DNA of 24,944 nt from a virus (taxonomy: Duplodnaviria > Caudoviricetes), in the IMG/VR virus record IMGVR_UViG_3300048599_000817, positions 1 to 24,944 of that record; one strand, given 5' to 3'. The notes beneath the pieces were generated by a model that worked only from the letters and a program-made list of their open reading frames with translations, made no database searches and had not been told where the DNA came from. The translations under genes and the position numbers were made by a program. Positions 1 to 9,013 of this stretch are shown one piece after another; positions within the stretch are counted from its first letter, which is position 1, and every line of letters begins with the position of its first letter.

Positions 1-68
1 CGAATCTCCCGCGTCTCCTTCCCGACGCCTGGCGCCGCGATCTGGCCGCCGCTCCCACCGCCCCACCA

Positions 69-320
69 TCAGCAGGCTAGCAAGCCCACCGCAAAAAGCC
101 CGCCTGTGGTTCGCGGAACGGACACCCGACGTTCAGCACAGCCGCCACACGCCGGAATCCCGATGGCCTTGGTCAGGGCTTCGATGCGATTGCCGATCAG
201 CGTGCGATCAGGCGGGCAGTCGAACTCTATCTGATCCGTCTGCGACACGAAGCCGCAGTTCTTACAGCGAAACGGGCAGCCGTCACCGTGCATCGACTCG
301 AATTGACACTTATCCGCCAT
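69..320 (-). CDS. Small Cys-rich phage protein, C-terminus possibly replaced
   Basis: CKNC and GNRIEALTKAIGIPACGGCAERR motif resembling small phage tail-region proteins; start overlaps the upstream stop. Confidence 0.6.
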   Translation of the reverse strand: MADKCQFESMHGDGCPFRCKNCGFVSQTDQIEFDCPPDRTLIGNRIEALTKAIGIPACGGCAERRVSVPRTTGGLFAVGLLAC

Positions 321-1029
321 TGACCGTATCCAGGTAGTGATCGTTGAGCCGCCGAAGCCAGTCTTCGCCGTCTGTTAGGTAATTGGAAATCGTCCATTCG
401 CGGCGACGGACGTTCGGGTAATCGGTCGCCAGCCAACTGAGGAAGTTGGTTCTCACGCTGGATGGCCACTGAGCAATCGTGATGCTGCCGCTGTTGTCCA
501 CGTCGAACAGAAACACGGCTTCGTGGTTCTTGTCGCGCACCCCTCCCGGTTCATTCGCGGGCGGAAAGTGCTTGTCGTAGAGCGTCTCGAACAAGTCCTT
601 CAAGTCTTGCAGCGTGATCCGCGCATTCGATGCCGTGCCACTGAGCCGAAACTCCATTGCCCCGAAACTGTCGGTTGGGTCGGGTTCACCGTCCGGCACC
701 ACGGCCAGCTTCGTCCCGGCCCAATAGGCATATCGCCCGATGATTTCAGACGCAGCCAACGGCCACGCGCCACCGTGGGCATCGACGGAATCAATCACTA
801 GCTGCCGGTCAGCGGTGTACTTGGCAATGTCGATGGGCAGCGGCGCACGCACCGACCAGCCGTCAGGCGGGTTGAATGGCGGCGAACAAGCGACCGGGCC
901 GCAGGGGAAAACGCCAGGTGGCCAGCACCCGGCAGCGTCTTCAAAGTTGCAAAGCTGCGTGTAATTCACGCTGCTATCGACGGTTGAAATCGCGATGATT
1001 GGCTTGCCGCAGCAACAGTTGAACAGCAT
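310..1029 (-). CDS. Hypothetical tail-region protein with Cys-rich N-terminus
   Basis: 239 aa starting MLFNCCCG; abuts the stop of the upstream gene. Confidence 0.75.
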   Translation of the reverse strand: MLFNCCCGKPIIAISTVDSSVNYTQLCNFEDAAGCWPPGVFPCGPVACSPPFNPPDGWSVRAPLPIDIAKYTADRQLVIDSVDAHGGAWPLAASEIIGRYAYWAGTKLAVVPDGEPDPTDSFGAMEFRLSGTASNARITLQDLKDLFETLYDKHFPPANEPGGVRDKNHEAVFLFDVDNSGSITIAQWPSSVRTNFLSWLATDYPNVRRREWTISNYLTDGEDWLRRLNDHYLDTVNGG

Positions 1030-1341
1030 CTAGCACTCCGCTGCAATGAGATAATACGCGGTGTCGATCAGCACGTAGGCCACCCACTTGCCGCTTCCGA
1101 CGTTGCCGAAGCGATTCTTCACGGTGTCATTGATACCGGTGTCGGTCTCGCTGCCACCTTCGTAGCGGCTCACCGTGCCCGAACTGCCTTTGTTGATCGC
1201 CGCATCGGTCTTGCCCAGATGAATGGCAAGGCCACCCGTCACATGACGGCGGCGATTTCCGGGCTTGTTGCGTGGCAGTCGTTCGACGTAGTTCACCGCA
1301 CCAGAGATACGGGCAACGTCAGCCGGGGAGAATCCAAGCAT
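1030..1341 (-). CDS. Hypothetical tail-region protein
   Basis: 103 aa, TAATG coupling to upstream gene, ends IAAEC. Confidence 0.75.
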   Translation of the reverse strand: MLGFSPADVARISGAVNYVERLPRNKPGNRRRHVTGGLAIHLGKTDAAINKGSSGTVSRYEGGSETDTGINDTVKNRFGNVGSGKWVAYVLIDTAYYLIAAEC

Positions 1342-1847
1342 TACTGGGGTTCTTCCCGAAGCGTGGTGGTGACAAGCAGTCCGCTGGCTTGGCTGCCAGC
1401 CGCACCGGCTACGGTGACGACGACTTGCAGCAAGTCGCCATCGACCAGCGTGGGATTCGATACCGTGGCGTTCACTACCGTGCGGGCCGTGGTGGCATCA
1501 TCCAACGAGATAGGGGCACTGAGGATCGTGGCAAATGCGCCGCCACCCGTACTCTTTTGCAGGTCAATGGTCACGGTTCGGTCAGCGCCCGTGGCGGGCG
1601 TGGTCGTGATCGCCTCGAAGCTGACGACGGTGCCAACAGCGCGCAGGATGTGGAGCAGCGTGGTGGCATTCGCCACGGTCGATGCTTGCTGAACGGTCAG
1701 CGGGAATTGATGAACCACCTTCGTGGCTTCGATTCCGGCAGCGCCTTGGATGGTGGCGTTGCCGACGCTGGCCGCAGGCAGCGTGAATGTCTTGCAAGAC
1801 AAGTGACCGGCAACATGCAGGTCGTTTTGAATCAGATCTTGAGCCAT
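1341..1847 (-). CDS. Putative virion structural protein (beta-rich, Ala/Thr-rich)
   Basis: 168 aa, TAATG-coupled, second gene after tape measure. Confidence 0.75.
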   Translation of the reverse strand: MAQDLIQNDLHVAGHLSCKTFTLPAASVGNATIQGAAGIEATKVVHQFPLTVQQASTVANATTLLHILRAVGTVVSFEAITTTPATGADRTVTIDLQKSTGGGAFATILSAPISLDDATTARTVVNATVSNPTLVDGDLLQVVVTVAGAAGSQASGLLVTTTLREEPQ

Positions 1848-2701
1848 TAGAAACCAAAGGCGCTAAAAGCGCGTTCCTTATAGACTGTGAACGATAGAAA
1901 CTGGACGCTATCCGGGCCGGGGTTATCCAGCCGCGAGCCGCCACTGAGCGGCACCGGGTCCGTAACGTGGGAGCCGGGAATCGCATTGCCAGCGGTGTCG
2001 TACTCTTTGATTGGGACAGGCTTGCCGCTGACCTTCTCGTAGCGACCTTGATCGAGAACAGACAGCGCCCACCCTTCTCGCCTGAACGCAAATTCATAGG
2101 TCACACGCCAGAAGAACACATCGTTCTCCGTGGCCGAACTGGCTTGGATCATGGCGACCTTGGCTTGTCCGGGTGAGAAGCCAAGGAAGGCGTCACTGTT
2201 TACAGCGTCCTGATAGTCGATAGCCAGCGACGGATTGAATGACGCTTCGTTCCGCGTGATCGTCAGCACGGGGCGTGAATCATCAACTTCGAGGGGCGGG
2301 TCGAAGTATTGACCAGCCGAGTTGACGATGGCTTTCCCGTTGTTGTCTTTCCAGGCGACGCGCGTGTAAGGCGCAGCGGACCAAGAGATTTCCGGCGCAC
2401 GTTCGAGCGGGTTTTCCTGCTCATCTTCCGTGGTTGACGAATACTCAACCCGAACTTCCCACACTTTGGGATTGTCAGATTGACTCGGCGTGATGCTTTT
2501 GACTCTCGCGCCCGGATCAATCTCGGTGTCGGTGGCGTAGATGCTGCCACGCACTGGAATTCCAGGCGCTTGGCGAACATACAGCGGACCATCGAGAGCG
2601 CTATCGGTGATGACTTGAAAGGTGCGCGTATAGCTACGCTCACCCTTCTCGTTGACAGTGCCCGTACGGCCACTGCTAACTTCGCGGACAGAGATAATCA
2701 T
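1847..2701 (-). CDS. Putative tail-tip/distal tail protein
   Basis: 284 aa beta-rich ORF directly after tape measure; function inferred from position only. Confidence 0.7.
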   Translation of the reverse strand: MIISVREVSSGRTGTVNEKGERSYTRTFQVITDSALDGPLYVRQAPGIPVRGSIYATDTEIDPGARVKSITPSQSDNPKVWEVRVEYSSTTEDEQENPLERAPEISWSAAPYTRVAWKDNNGKAIVNSAGQYFDPPLEVDDSRPVLTITRNEASFNPSLAIDYQDAVNSDAFLGFSPGQAKVAMIQASSATENDVFFWRVTYEFAFRREGWALSVLDQGRYEKVSGKPVPIKEYDTAGNAIPGSHVTDPVPLSGGSRLDNPGPDSVQFLSFTVYKERAFSAFGF

Positions 2702-2745
2702 GTTGATGGCGCAGAGCGTGCGCAGAGAATTGCCTTGCGGCGGGT

Positions 2746-4479
2746 TTAGAGAGTGCCGACCCGGACATTGGCCGCAAGCTCGCGCTGAACTTTCAGCATC
2801 TCTTCATTGAGCTTCGCTACGCGGTCGATGGGTTTGGCCACCGGGCCGAACGATGCGGAGAAGGCGGCAGCGGTGCCACGTTCGAGAGCAGCCGGACGAT
2901 TGGTGCCGGTGTCTGCTTGTTGCTGCTGCGTTGAGACGAAGTCCTTCTGAGCTTGCAACTTGGCCAGCAAGGCTTCGTTGCCGCTCAGGAGTCCGTTTTG
3001 CAGGTCTTGCGGGGTTTTGGCGGTCAATTCGCCGATGCGCTTCATTTCCGCTTGGAACTTTTGCAGCGGTGATTGCAGCGAATCGCGCACCTGCTGGGCA
3101 TCGCCGAGACGTTTCTTCTCGCCTTCGCGGCGAGTGAGTTCGTCCGACAAGCCTTGCGCCTGTGCGAGCTTCGATGGGTCGGCACCATCGCGGCGTAGCT
3201 TCTCGATTTCAGCGGCGCGACCTTCCAGGCCAAAGAGCGCGATTTGCTCTTTGTACTTGGCGATGAGCTTCGACACGCCGTCAGCCGATTCATCGAACGA
3301 CTCTTTCAGACCGCGATTCTCTTTCGCTGCCTTGGCCGTAGCCTCAGCCGCTTGCTGAGCGCCGCTGCGCAGGTTGTCGAAGAATGCGATGACCTTCTCG
3401 CCCGATGAAGGGGCGATCAGGGCATCTTGGAAATCTCGGCCAATCTGGTCGGCGGTCTGATGCAGACTACGGTTGACATCTTCAATGAAGCTGATGTCAA
3501 CCTTTTGCCCCAGCTTCTCTCCGACCCACGCGATGCCCTTGGCAATTCCCACCCACAGGTCGCTTTGAAGCGCGAGCCCCTTGGTGACCAGATATTGCAG
3601 GCCGCGAAAGCCCATCGCCAGCACGTCGAACATATCGGCGACGAACGCAATGGATTTGGCGATAACTTCAAAGCTGGTGCTGACCACCGTGCCGATGAAG
3701 TTGCCTTGCGTGGCAAAGTTCAGAAGCTGCGTGGCAGCGTATTCGATGAAGGGGGAAAGCTCAACCGCAACGCGATTTGCGATGCCGCCAATGACCTTCC
3801 ACATCTTATCGAGTGCGTCATTGGCAGCGCCGACGGCGGCGGCATCCGTGTCGCTGATCGTATTTCCAAGGCGGTCTGATTCTTCCATCAGGCCGCGAAT
3901 GGCATCGCCACCCGTGTTGAAGGTGTTGATAAGTCCTTCACCTTGCTTGCCGAAGATGGCCAGCGAAGCGGCAGCTTTATCAGATGGTGATTCAAGCTTG
4001 CCGATACCATCTGCGATTTGCACGAACGCTTCAGCCGGGTCGAGGTCTTTCAAGTCTGAAACTCTGAGACCGATTCCCTCAAGCGACTCGGCGAACTCAG
4101 TGCCACCCTTGCCAAGGTTAGCATTGAGCTTGCCCAACGCGGGCGCGACCGACTCGGCTTCTGAGCCGGTAAGCTGCGCGGCGTATTGCAGGCGCGACAG
4201 GGCTTCCGTGCTCACTCCAATGCGGCCAGCCAGGTCTCCGGTAGCGTCGATGGTGTCCATCGCACCGCTGACCATCGACTGAAAGCCCGCAGCCAGAGCA
4301 CCAGCGCCCAGCGCCGCGCCGATGCCAGCAATCGCCACGCCCAAGCCGGGAATAGCGCTGGCCGCAGACGAGACCCCGGAAGCCAAACTGGCGACCGTTT
4401 CTTTCGCTTTCTTCGCACCAGCCGAAAAAGCGGCGGTGCTCATGCCCAGATTTACATTGAGTGAGCCGATTGTGGCCAT
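2746..4479 (-). CDS. Tail tape measure protein
   Basis: 577 aa Ala/Gly-rich helical protein; N-terminus MATIGSLNVNLG typical of lambdoid TMPs; follows chaperones. Confidence 0.92.
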   Translation of the reverse strand: MATIGSLNVNLGMSTAAFSAGAKKAKETVASLASGVSSAASAIPGLGVAIAGIGAALGAGALAAGFQSMVSGAMDTIDATGDLAGRIGVSTEALSRLQYAAQLTGSEAESVAPALGKLNANLGKGGTEFAESLEGIGLRVSDLKDLDPAEAFVQIADGIGKLESPSDKAAASLAIFGKQGEGLINTFNTGGDAIRGLMEESDRLGNTISDTDAAAVGAANDALDKMWKVIGGIANRVAVELSPFIEYAATQLLNFATQGNFIGTVVSTSFEVIAKSIAFVADMFDVLAMGFRGLQYLVTKGLALQSDLWVGIAKGIAWVGEKLGQKVDISFIEDVNRSLHQTADQIGRDFQDALIAPSSGEKVIAFFDNLRSGAQQAAEATAKAAKENRGLKESFDESADGVSKLIAKYKEQIALFGLEGRAAEIEKLRRDGADPSKLAQAQGLSDELTRREGEKKRLGDAQQVRDSLQSPLQKFQAEMKRIGELTAKTPQDLQNGLLSGNEALLAKLQAQKDFVSTQQQQADTGTNRPAALERGTAAAFSASFGPVAKPIDRVAKLNEEMLKVQRELAANVRVGTL

Positions 4480-4787
4480 TATTTGCTCGCGAGGATGCGA
4501 AAGATGGCGAGCATCTGCTCACCCGTTTGCCGCTTTTGGGGTGGTTTGACCGGCAGGAAGTCCTGCGGCTTGAAGGTTCCGCCGTTCTTCTTTCCGCCCG
4601 CGCCGTTACCGACCATCGCGCAGATATAAGAAGTCTGCTGCCAATCGTTGCCGAAGGGTTCGTGGCGGTAAGCGGCCATCCATTCGGTGAGTTCAGGCGA
4701 TGAGATGTCGTCGAGAAGAGCCTCAACGGTCTTGCCCAGATGACCGGCCAGCAGAAAGTAAAAGCGGCGTTCGGGCCGGTCCGCTAG
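4479..4787 (-). CDS. Tail assembly chaperone gpT-like frame, reached by -1 frameshift (GT fusion about 224 aa)
   Basis: Open -1 frame LADRPERRFYFLLAGHLGKTVEALLDDISSPELTEWMAAYRHEPFG begins at slippery A-AAA-AAC; gpT-like EW..Y..EPFG motif. Confidence 0.85.
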   Translation of the reverse strand, partial: LADRPERRFYFLLAGHLGKTVEALLDDISSPELTEWMAAYRHEPFGNDWQQTSYICAMVGNGAGGKKNGGTFKPQDFLPVKPPQKRQTGEQMLAIFRILASK

Positions 4788-5152
4788 TTTTTTACGAGTT
4801 CGTCCTGATCTTGCTTGCTCAGCCGATTCAAACGAATCGCGACATCAAAGATGTCGGAAAGTGGTCCGGCAGCTTTGTCGCCGAGCCATTCGGCATCGCC
4901 ATCGGTGAAGACGCGCTTGCCGTCAGCATCGTGAATCGCACGCACGGCCAGGGATGCCCGCACATTGGCAAGGTCTCCCTTGCGTTGCAGGCATTGCGAC
5001 TCCCACGAATCGCGATCTTTGCCGCTCATCGTGCCGACCCACACTCCATGCTTGGCAGGGTCAAAGGTCTCGCCTTCGGGTGTCCAGCTTTGCACTGGCA
5101 CCCACTCTCGCGGGCGATCTTGCGCACCGCGAATCTGTTCTTTGGTCAACAT
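4784..5152 (-). CDS. Tail assembly chaperone (gpG-like)
   Basis: 122 aa between tail tube and TMP; ends LVKN on the slippery site. Confidence 0.88.
   Translation of the reverse strand: MLTKEQIRGAQDRPREWVPVQSWTPEGETFDPAKHGVWVGTMSGKDRDSWESQCLQRKGDLANVRASLAVRAIHDADGKRVFTDGDAEWLGDKAAGPLSDIFDVAIRLNRLSKQDQDELVKN
4787..4793 (-). promoter_or_regulatory. Programmed -1 ribosomal frameshift heptamer A-AAA-AAC
   Basis: Minus strand GTA AAA AAC TAG fits X XXY YYZ just before the gpG stop. Confidence 0.85.
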
Positions 5153-5171
5153 GCTGGTTTGATCCTAGAAA

Positions 5172-5582
5172 TTAGAGAGTGATGACCACGGGGCCGGTGA
5201 GCTTCACCGAGAGACTGGCGGTCACGACGTTGTCCACCGCGACTTCATCCCAGCTAAAGCCGGTCACGATTCCATCGAAGCCGACTGTGGCTGCGCCGGT
5301 GTCGGTGAACAGAACCTTCCACGACTCAACGGCACCACCTTGAAAGGCAGTCCAGAGCGCGGCGTGCGTGGTTGCGGAAGCGTCCCATTCGATGGTGAAA
5401 TCAATCGAGCCACCGTCCGGGATGGTCGAGATATACTCGCGCCACGTAGACAGTAAGTGAGTGGTTTCAACGGTCCCCATTTCCATTGAGGGTGGGGTGA
5501 TGCTGACGACTTGCGCCAGATCGGTGAAGACGGTTGCGATTTCAAGCTGCAACTTCGTCCCTTTGCCAGCGGTATACGCCAT
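5172..5582 (-). CDS. Major tail tube protein
   Basis: 136 aa; GKGTKL, ETTHL, WREYI..DGG, SVKLTG motifs of lambda-like tube proteins. Confidence 0.9.
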   Translation of the reverse strand: MAYTAGKGTKLQLEIATVFTDLAQVVSITPPSMEMGTVETTHLLSTWREYISTIPDGGSIDFTIEWDASATTHAALWTAFQGGAVESWKVLFTDTGAATVGFDGIVTGFSWDEVAVDNVVTASLSVKLTGPVVITL

Positions 5583-5645
5583 TGGCCAGAGTTCCTTTTG
5601 AGGCTGTGCGCGAGAGTCGCGCGAAGAAGGCGCTTGCGCGCCGAA

Positions 5646-6059
5646 TTAAGAGAAAGTCGGAATCGACTCGTCGTATCTCAGACGGTATTTCAGAGTGATG
5701 CGATAGATGCCGTTGTCGCTGCCGTCCTGGGGCACCTCAAAGGCGTCTACTTCATCGTCGAGAATCACCGCACGAACGTTGACGCTGCCCATCGTGCCGC
5801 TGAAGCCTTGCATCTTTTGACGCACTGCTTCGGCAAGTTGGTCGGCGGCTTCGTAACTATCGGCCCAGCAGTCCAGTTCAAAGACCGGAATCGCGGAGCC
5901 CGTCGCTTGTTTCAAGTTGTGGTCATGGCCACCCGTGGTGCGCGCATACGTGATGGCGGGACGGGCGGCAGACTGAGGCAGAACAAGCGGAAAGATGCGC
6001 GTGCCAACTTGGCTCGCGAGGTTGGTGGCCAGATACTGGCGCAAACTAGAACGGATCAT
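5646..6059 (-). CDS. Tail completion/terminator protein (DUF3168-like)
   Basis: RIFPLVLPQ..PAITY and ELDCWA motifs; position before tail tube. Confidence 0.85.
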   Translation of the reverse strand: MIRSSLRQYLATNLASQVGTRIFPLVLPQSAARPAITYARTTGGHDHNLKQATGSAIPVFELDCWADSYEAADQLAEAVRQKMQGFSGTMGSVNVRAVILDDEVDAFEVPQDGSDNGIYRITLKYRLRYDESIPTFS

Positions 6060-6484
6060 GCTGCGTCTTTAATGCCCTGCCGCATAGAGTCGGCGATGGC
6101 CTTGGCTGCCGCTTCCTTTTTGTCATCAAAGGCGGGGCCAAGGTAGGGTTTGGCGGGGATAACCTTGCGGTTATCGAGCTTGCGAGAGCCTGCTTTGTGG
6201 CCGAACTCAAGGAACCCGCCGTAATAGGTCTCGCCCTTGTAGTCACCGGATGCCGTTTGCACGACGAAGCGAACGGTGCCCTTCTTGCGCTTCCCGGCGC
6301 GAACCTTGAGGCTCTTTTTCAGAGTGCCGGTTTGCTTCGGTGCGGCAGCTTTGGCTGCGGTGAGAATGATCTTCGCGCCAGCGCGAAGCGCTTTTGTAAC
6401 GATCTTTTTCGACACCTTGGCATCGAGTGCTTTCAGCTTGCGTTCCAGGGCAGGGCCACCTTCTAAAGTGACACGTCCCTTCAC
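6056..6484 (-). CDS. HK97 gp10-like neck protein
   Basis: Basic; APKQTGTLKKS, FLEFG, PAKPYLGPAFD motifs; GTG start. Confidence 0.9.
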   Translation of the reverse strand: MKGRVTLEGGPALERKLKALDAKVSKKIVTKALRAGAKIILTAAKAAAPKQTGTLKKSLKVRAGKRKKGTVRFVVQTASGDYKGETYYGGFLEFGHKAGSRKLDNRKVIPAKPYLGPAFDDKKEAAAKAIADSMRQGIKDAA

Positions 6485-6798
6485 ACGGTCTCCTTGCAGA
6501 GCAATTCAAGCATCACACCGCGTTCGTCGGCGTTGATGACCGACCCGACGTGGAAGATGCGACACCCGAAAACGACACGCATTTGTGGGCCGATGCAGGG
6601 AACGTAGCGAACTACGATGCGATGTGAGACATCGGCTTGCACCTGTTGAGCGGCGAAGAACTCGCGCGCTGACAGCGGGGTGATGGACGCATCGCAGGTG
6701 GCCACGCGATGCCAGGTTGTTTCGGTCTCGCCGTATTCGTTTTGTCGTTCGAGCGGCTGTTGGATTTCCACTAGATGCCGTAGGGAGCCAGCTTTCAC
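6481..6798 (-). CDS. Head closure / head-tail adaptor (SPP1 gp16-like)
   Basis: Probable start GTG 6798 overlapping the upstream TGA: MKAGSLRHLVEIQ...W..VAT..A.I.PLSARE; the 174-aa ORF call is over-extended. Confidence 0.88.
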   Translation of the reverse strand: MKAGSLRHLVEIQQPLERQNEYGETETTWHRVATCDASITPLSAREFFAAQQVQADVSHRIVVRYVPCIGPQMRVVFGCRIFHVGSVINADERGVMLELLCKETV

Positions 6799-7355
6799 AG
6801 CGTCCCCCATTGCTCGGACATCAGCAGCGATTCCACGGCCATCGGCACTTCGGTCAGACTGCCTTCGGTGACGGCTTCGCGGTGCTCGTAGTAGTGAGCG
6901 GCAAGCATCTTGATGGCGGTGGTGATCGTGGCGGGCACGGTGTCGTAACCGGCAACGAATGTGACCTTCACCGCAGCGGGTTGGTTGCGGGTGGTGGGCC
7001 AGCAAGTGACCGGCACGATGCGACCGGGTTCGGTTGCAGAATCGACGTAGTAGCTTTCAGGCGCGACCGTCTGAGTTGTGCCATTGCCATCGACATACGT
7101 GATGCTGGTCACTGATTGCAGCGGCGGCAGCGGCAGTCTGATTTCAGCGGGGAAGCAGTCGAGCGAAATCCGCCAAGTTGCGGGCATCAGTTGCCGACGC
7201 AGGAACGTCTCGCTGTACTGACGCGCGGCGGTGACGAAAGCAGAGATAGTCGTGTCTTCATCTTCGCGCGAGATGCGCGCGTGCTGTTTCATTTCGGCGA
7301 GGCTCACCGGCTCATTTGTCGGTGGCGTCGCCAGTTCCAGGCCGTAGCGTGTCAT
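6795..7355 (-). CDS. Head-tail connector (gp6/gp15-like)
   Basis: EPVSLAEMKQHARI, LPLPPLQSVTSI, FVAGY, AHYYEHRE. Confidence 0.92.
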   Translation of the reverse strand: MTRYGLELATPPTNEPVSLAEMKQHARISREDEDTTISAFVTAARQYSETFLRRQLMPATWRISLDCFPAEIRLPLPPLQSVTSITYVDGNGTTQTVAPESYYVDSATEPGRIVPVTCWPTTRNQPAAVKVTFVAGYDTVPATITTAIKMLAAHYYEHREAVTEGSLTEVPMAVESLLMSEQWGTL

Positions 7356-7521
7356 GCTTCTTTCGTTTCAGAGAGGCAGTCTCGGTGGTGCGCGTAGCAA
7401 TCCCCGAATCCAGCCAAGCGGCAGCCATTTCGGCGGGAATGTGAGTGCCAACGTCAATGAGTTGGCCAGGGGCGAAGGACCAGTCAGCCGAAGCGATGCT
7501 GGTCTCGATGCGAACTTGCAT
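7312..7521 (-). CDS. Small hypothetical protein after the major capsid gene
   Basis: 69 aa, position typical of HK97-like head modules. Confidence 0.65.
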   Translation of the reverse strand: MQVRIETSIASADWSFAPGQLIDVGTHIPAEMAAAWLDSGIATRTTETASLKRKKHDTLRPGTGDATDK

Positions 7522-7552
7522 GAAGTATCAAAGTATCAGGAGTTGAATGAAC

Positions 7553-7582
7553 GTTCCCTGCGCCACGACGGGCGCAGGGAAC
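7553..7582 (-). terminator. Perfect 12-bp hairpin after the capsid gene (stabiliser or weak terminator)
   Basis: GTTCCCTGCGCC-ACGACG-GGCGCAGGGAAC; no clear U-tract. Confidence 0.55.
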
Positions 7583-7598
7583 TCAAACCAGCAGACTA

Positions 7599-8879
7599 TT
7601 AAGACGCGCTGTTGGCGTAGTGTTTCACGGGGTTGGTGCCCGCATCGAGCAAGTCACCATCGTGGCGCGAGAACGCGAGGAAGCCGACCTGATGCAGTTC
7701 GCCGTATCGTTCATTCAAGCGAACAAGCTGAATGTCGCTCACATCGCGAATCAAATAGCGGCTTACGTCGCCGAAGAGAATCGACTTAGCACTCGCGGCC
7801 ATGACCGGCATGGATTGGTTCACAACGAACCGATGTCCGAGGATGGTGTCCGGGTCAGCGCTGGCGAGACCAGCCGACCAGAGCGGACGACCTTGCGAAT
7901 CGACCAGCTTCTTAATCGCTTTGAGCGTGGTGTCATGCAGCATCCAAACCGCATTGCTGCGGTAGGCTGGGTCCACGCTGTGCATCAGGTCAACCAAGTC
8001 AGCGTAAGTAACGCTGGTTGTTTGCCCATTTGCACCTGTCTTCCCAGCGGTCGAGGCAGTCACAATGCCGTTCGGCTTGCTGCTACCGTCACCCGTGGTG
8101 AAGTGGTCGTTCGTGATACGACCGATTCGTTCGCCAAGAGCACGACCAAGATACTCTTCGAGATTAAAGGCACTATCGGCGAGAAGCTCGACAGAAACTT
8201 TCACTAGCTTTGAACTGTACTTGAAAGCATTAAAGATCACCTGTCCCCAAGCGACATCTTGCTCCGACGCAGCGGTGTTCTCAGCGAGAATGGCACCTTT
8301 GTTCGAGGTATCATTGACGGTGGGAAATGGCAAGTCGCTGCCGCTGTCAGTCCGAAGTACAGTCGCGTTTTCACGCATGGCACCGAAGGTCAGCAAAGCC
8401 TCTTCAAGCGTGCGCTGGAATCCTTGCGGAACTGTGTAGCCACCGGCACTGCCGGTGAGCGACAACGCGCGAGCTTCAGCGCGATTGCGCGGGGCAGTGT
8501 TTGCCAACCGCATTCGGAGTTCGCCACGGTTCAGGTCGATACCGCAGCGGTTGGCGAGATTGCGTTGCTCACCGCTCACGTTTTGGACACCGCTCATCAG
8601 CCAGGTCTTGAGGGCTTGGCTGCGTTGTTCGCCGGTCGGCTCGCCGGGCTGGGCTTCGCGCTCAACCTCTTCGAGGTCAGCGCTGGCAACGTCTTGTCGC
8701 TCGATGGCGTCAATAGTCGCCTTGAGCGCATCGACTTCGGCGTGAATCTTATCGAACTGAGTCTGCTCTTCGGCAGTCAGGGCGCGAGCTTCAGCCGTGG
8801 CTTTGTTTAGATAGGCTTCGGCTTGCTTGGCGAGGGCGGCGCGCTTTTCGCGCAGGGTCTTAGGATTGATGCTGGGCAT
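7599..8879 (-). CDS. Major capsid protein, HK97 family
   Basis: Coiled-coil delta domain, GGYTVPQ, VSVELLADS, GDGSSKPNGI, ILFGD; probable start ATG 8879 with GGAG upstream (426 aa). Confidence 0.96.
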   Translation of the reverse strand: MPSINPKTLREKRAALAKQAEAYLNKATAEARALTAEEQTQFDKIHAEVDALKATIDAIERQDVASADLEEVEREAQPGEPTGEQRSQALKTWLMSGVQNVSGEQRNLANRCGIDLNRGELRMRLANTAPRNRAEARALSLTGSAGGYTVPQGFQRTLEEALLTFGAMRENATVLRTDSGSDLPFPTVNDTSNKGAILAENTAASEQDVAWGQVIFNAFKYSSKLVKVSVELLADSAFNLEEYLGRALGERIGRITNDHFTTGDGSSKPNGIVTASTAGKTGANGQTTSVTYADLVDLMHSVDPAYRSNAVWMLHDTTLKAIKKLVDSQGRPLWSAGLASADPDTILGHRFVVNQSMPVMAASAKSILFGDVSRYLIRDVSDIQLVRLNERYGELHQVGFLAFSRHDGDLLDAGTNPVKHYANSAS

Positions 8880-9013
8880 CAAGGATACTCCAAGAGAATG
8901 GAAAGAGAGCGGCAGAAAGGCCGCAGAACGGAGCGCGGAAGATTGGCGGCTTTGGCCACCGGGCATCGCGCTAGAGAGTGCTGACCGCTAAGGGCGTGAG
9001 TTCGCCCAGGCGC

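Noticed and set aside
69-2701. Diversity-generating retroelement at the tail tip
   Set aside because: No reverse transcriptase and no TR/VR repeat pair seen in the window
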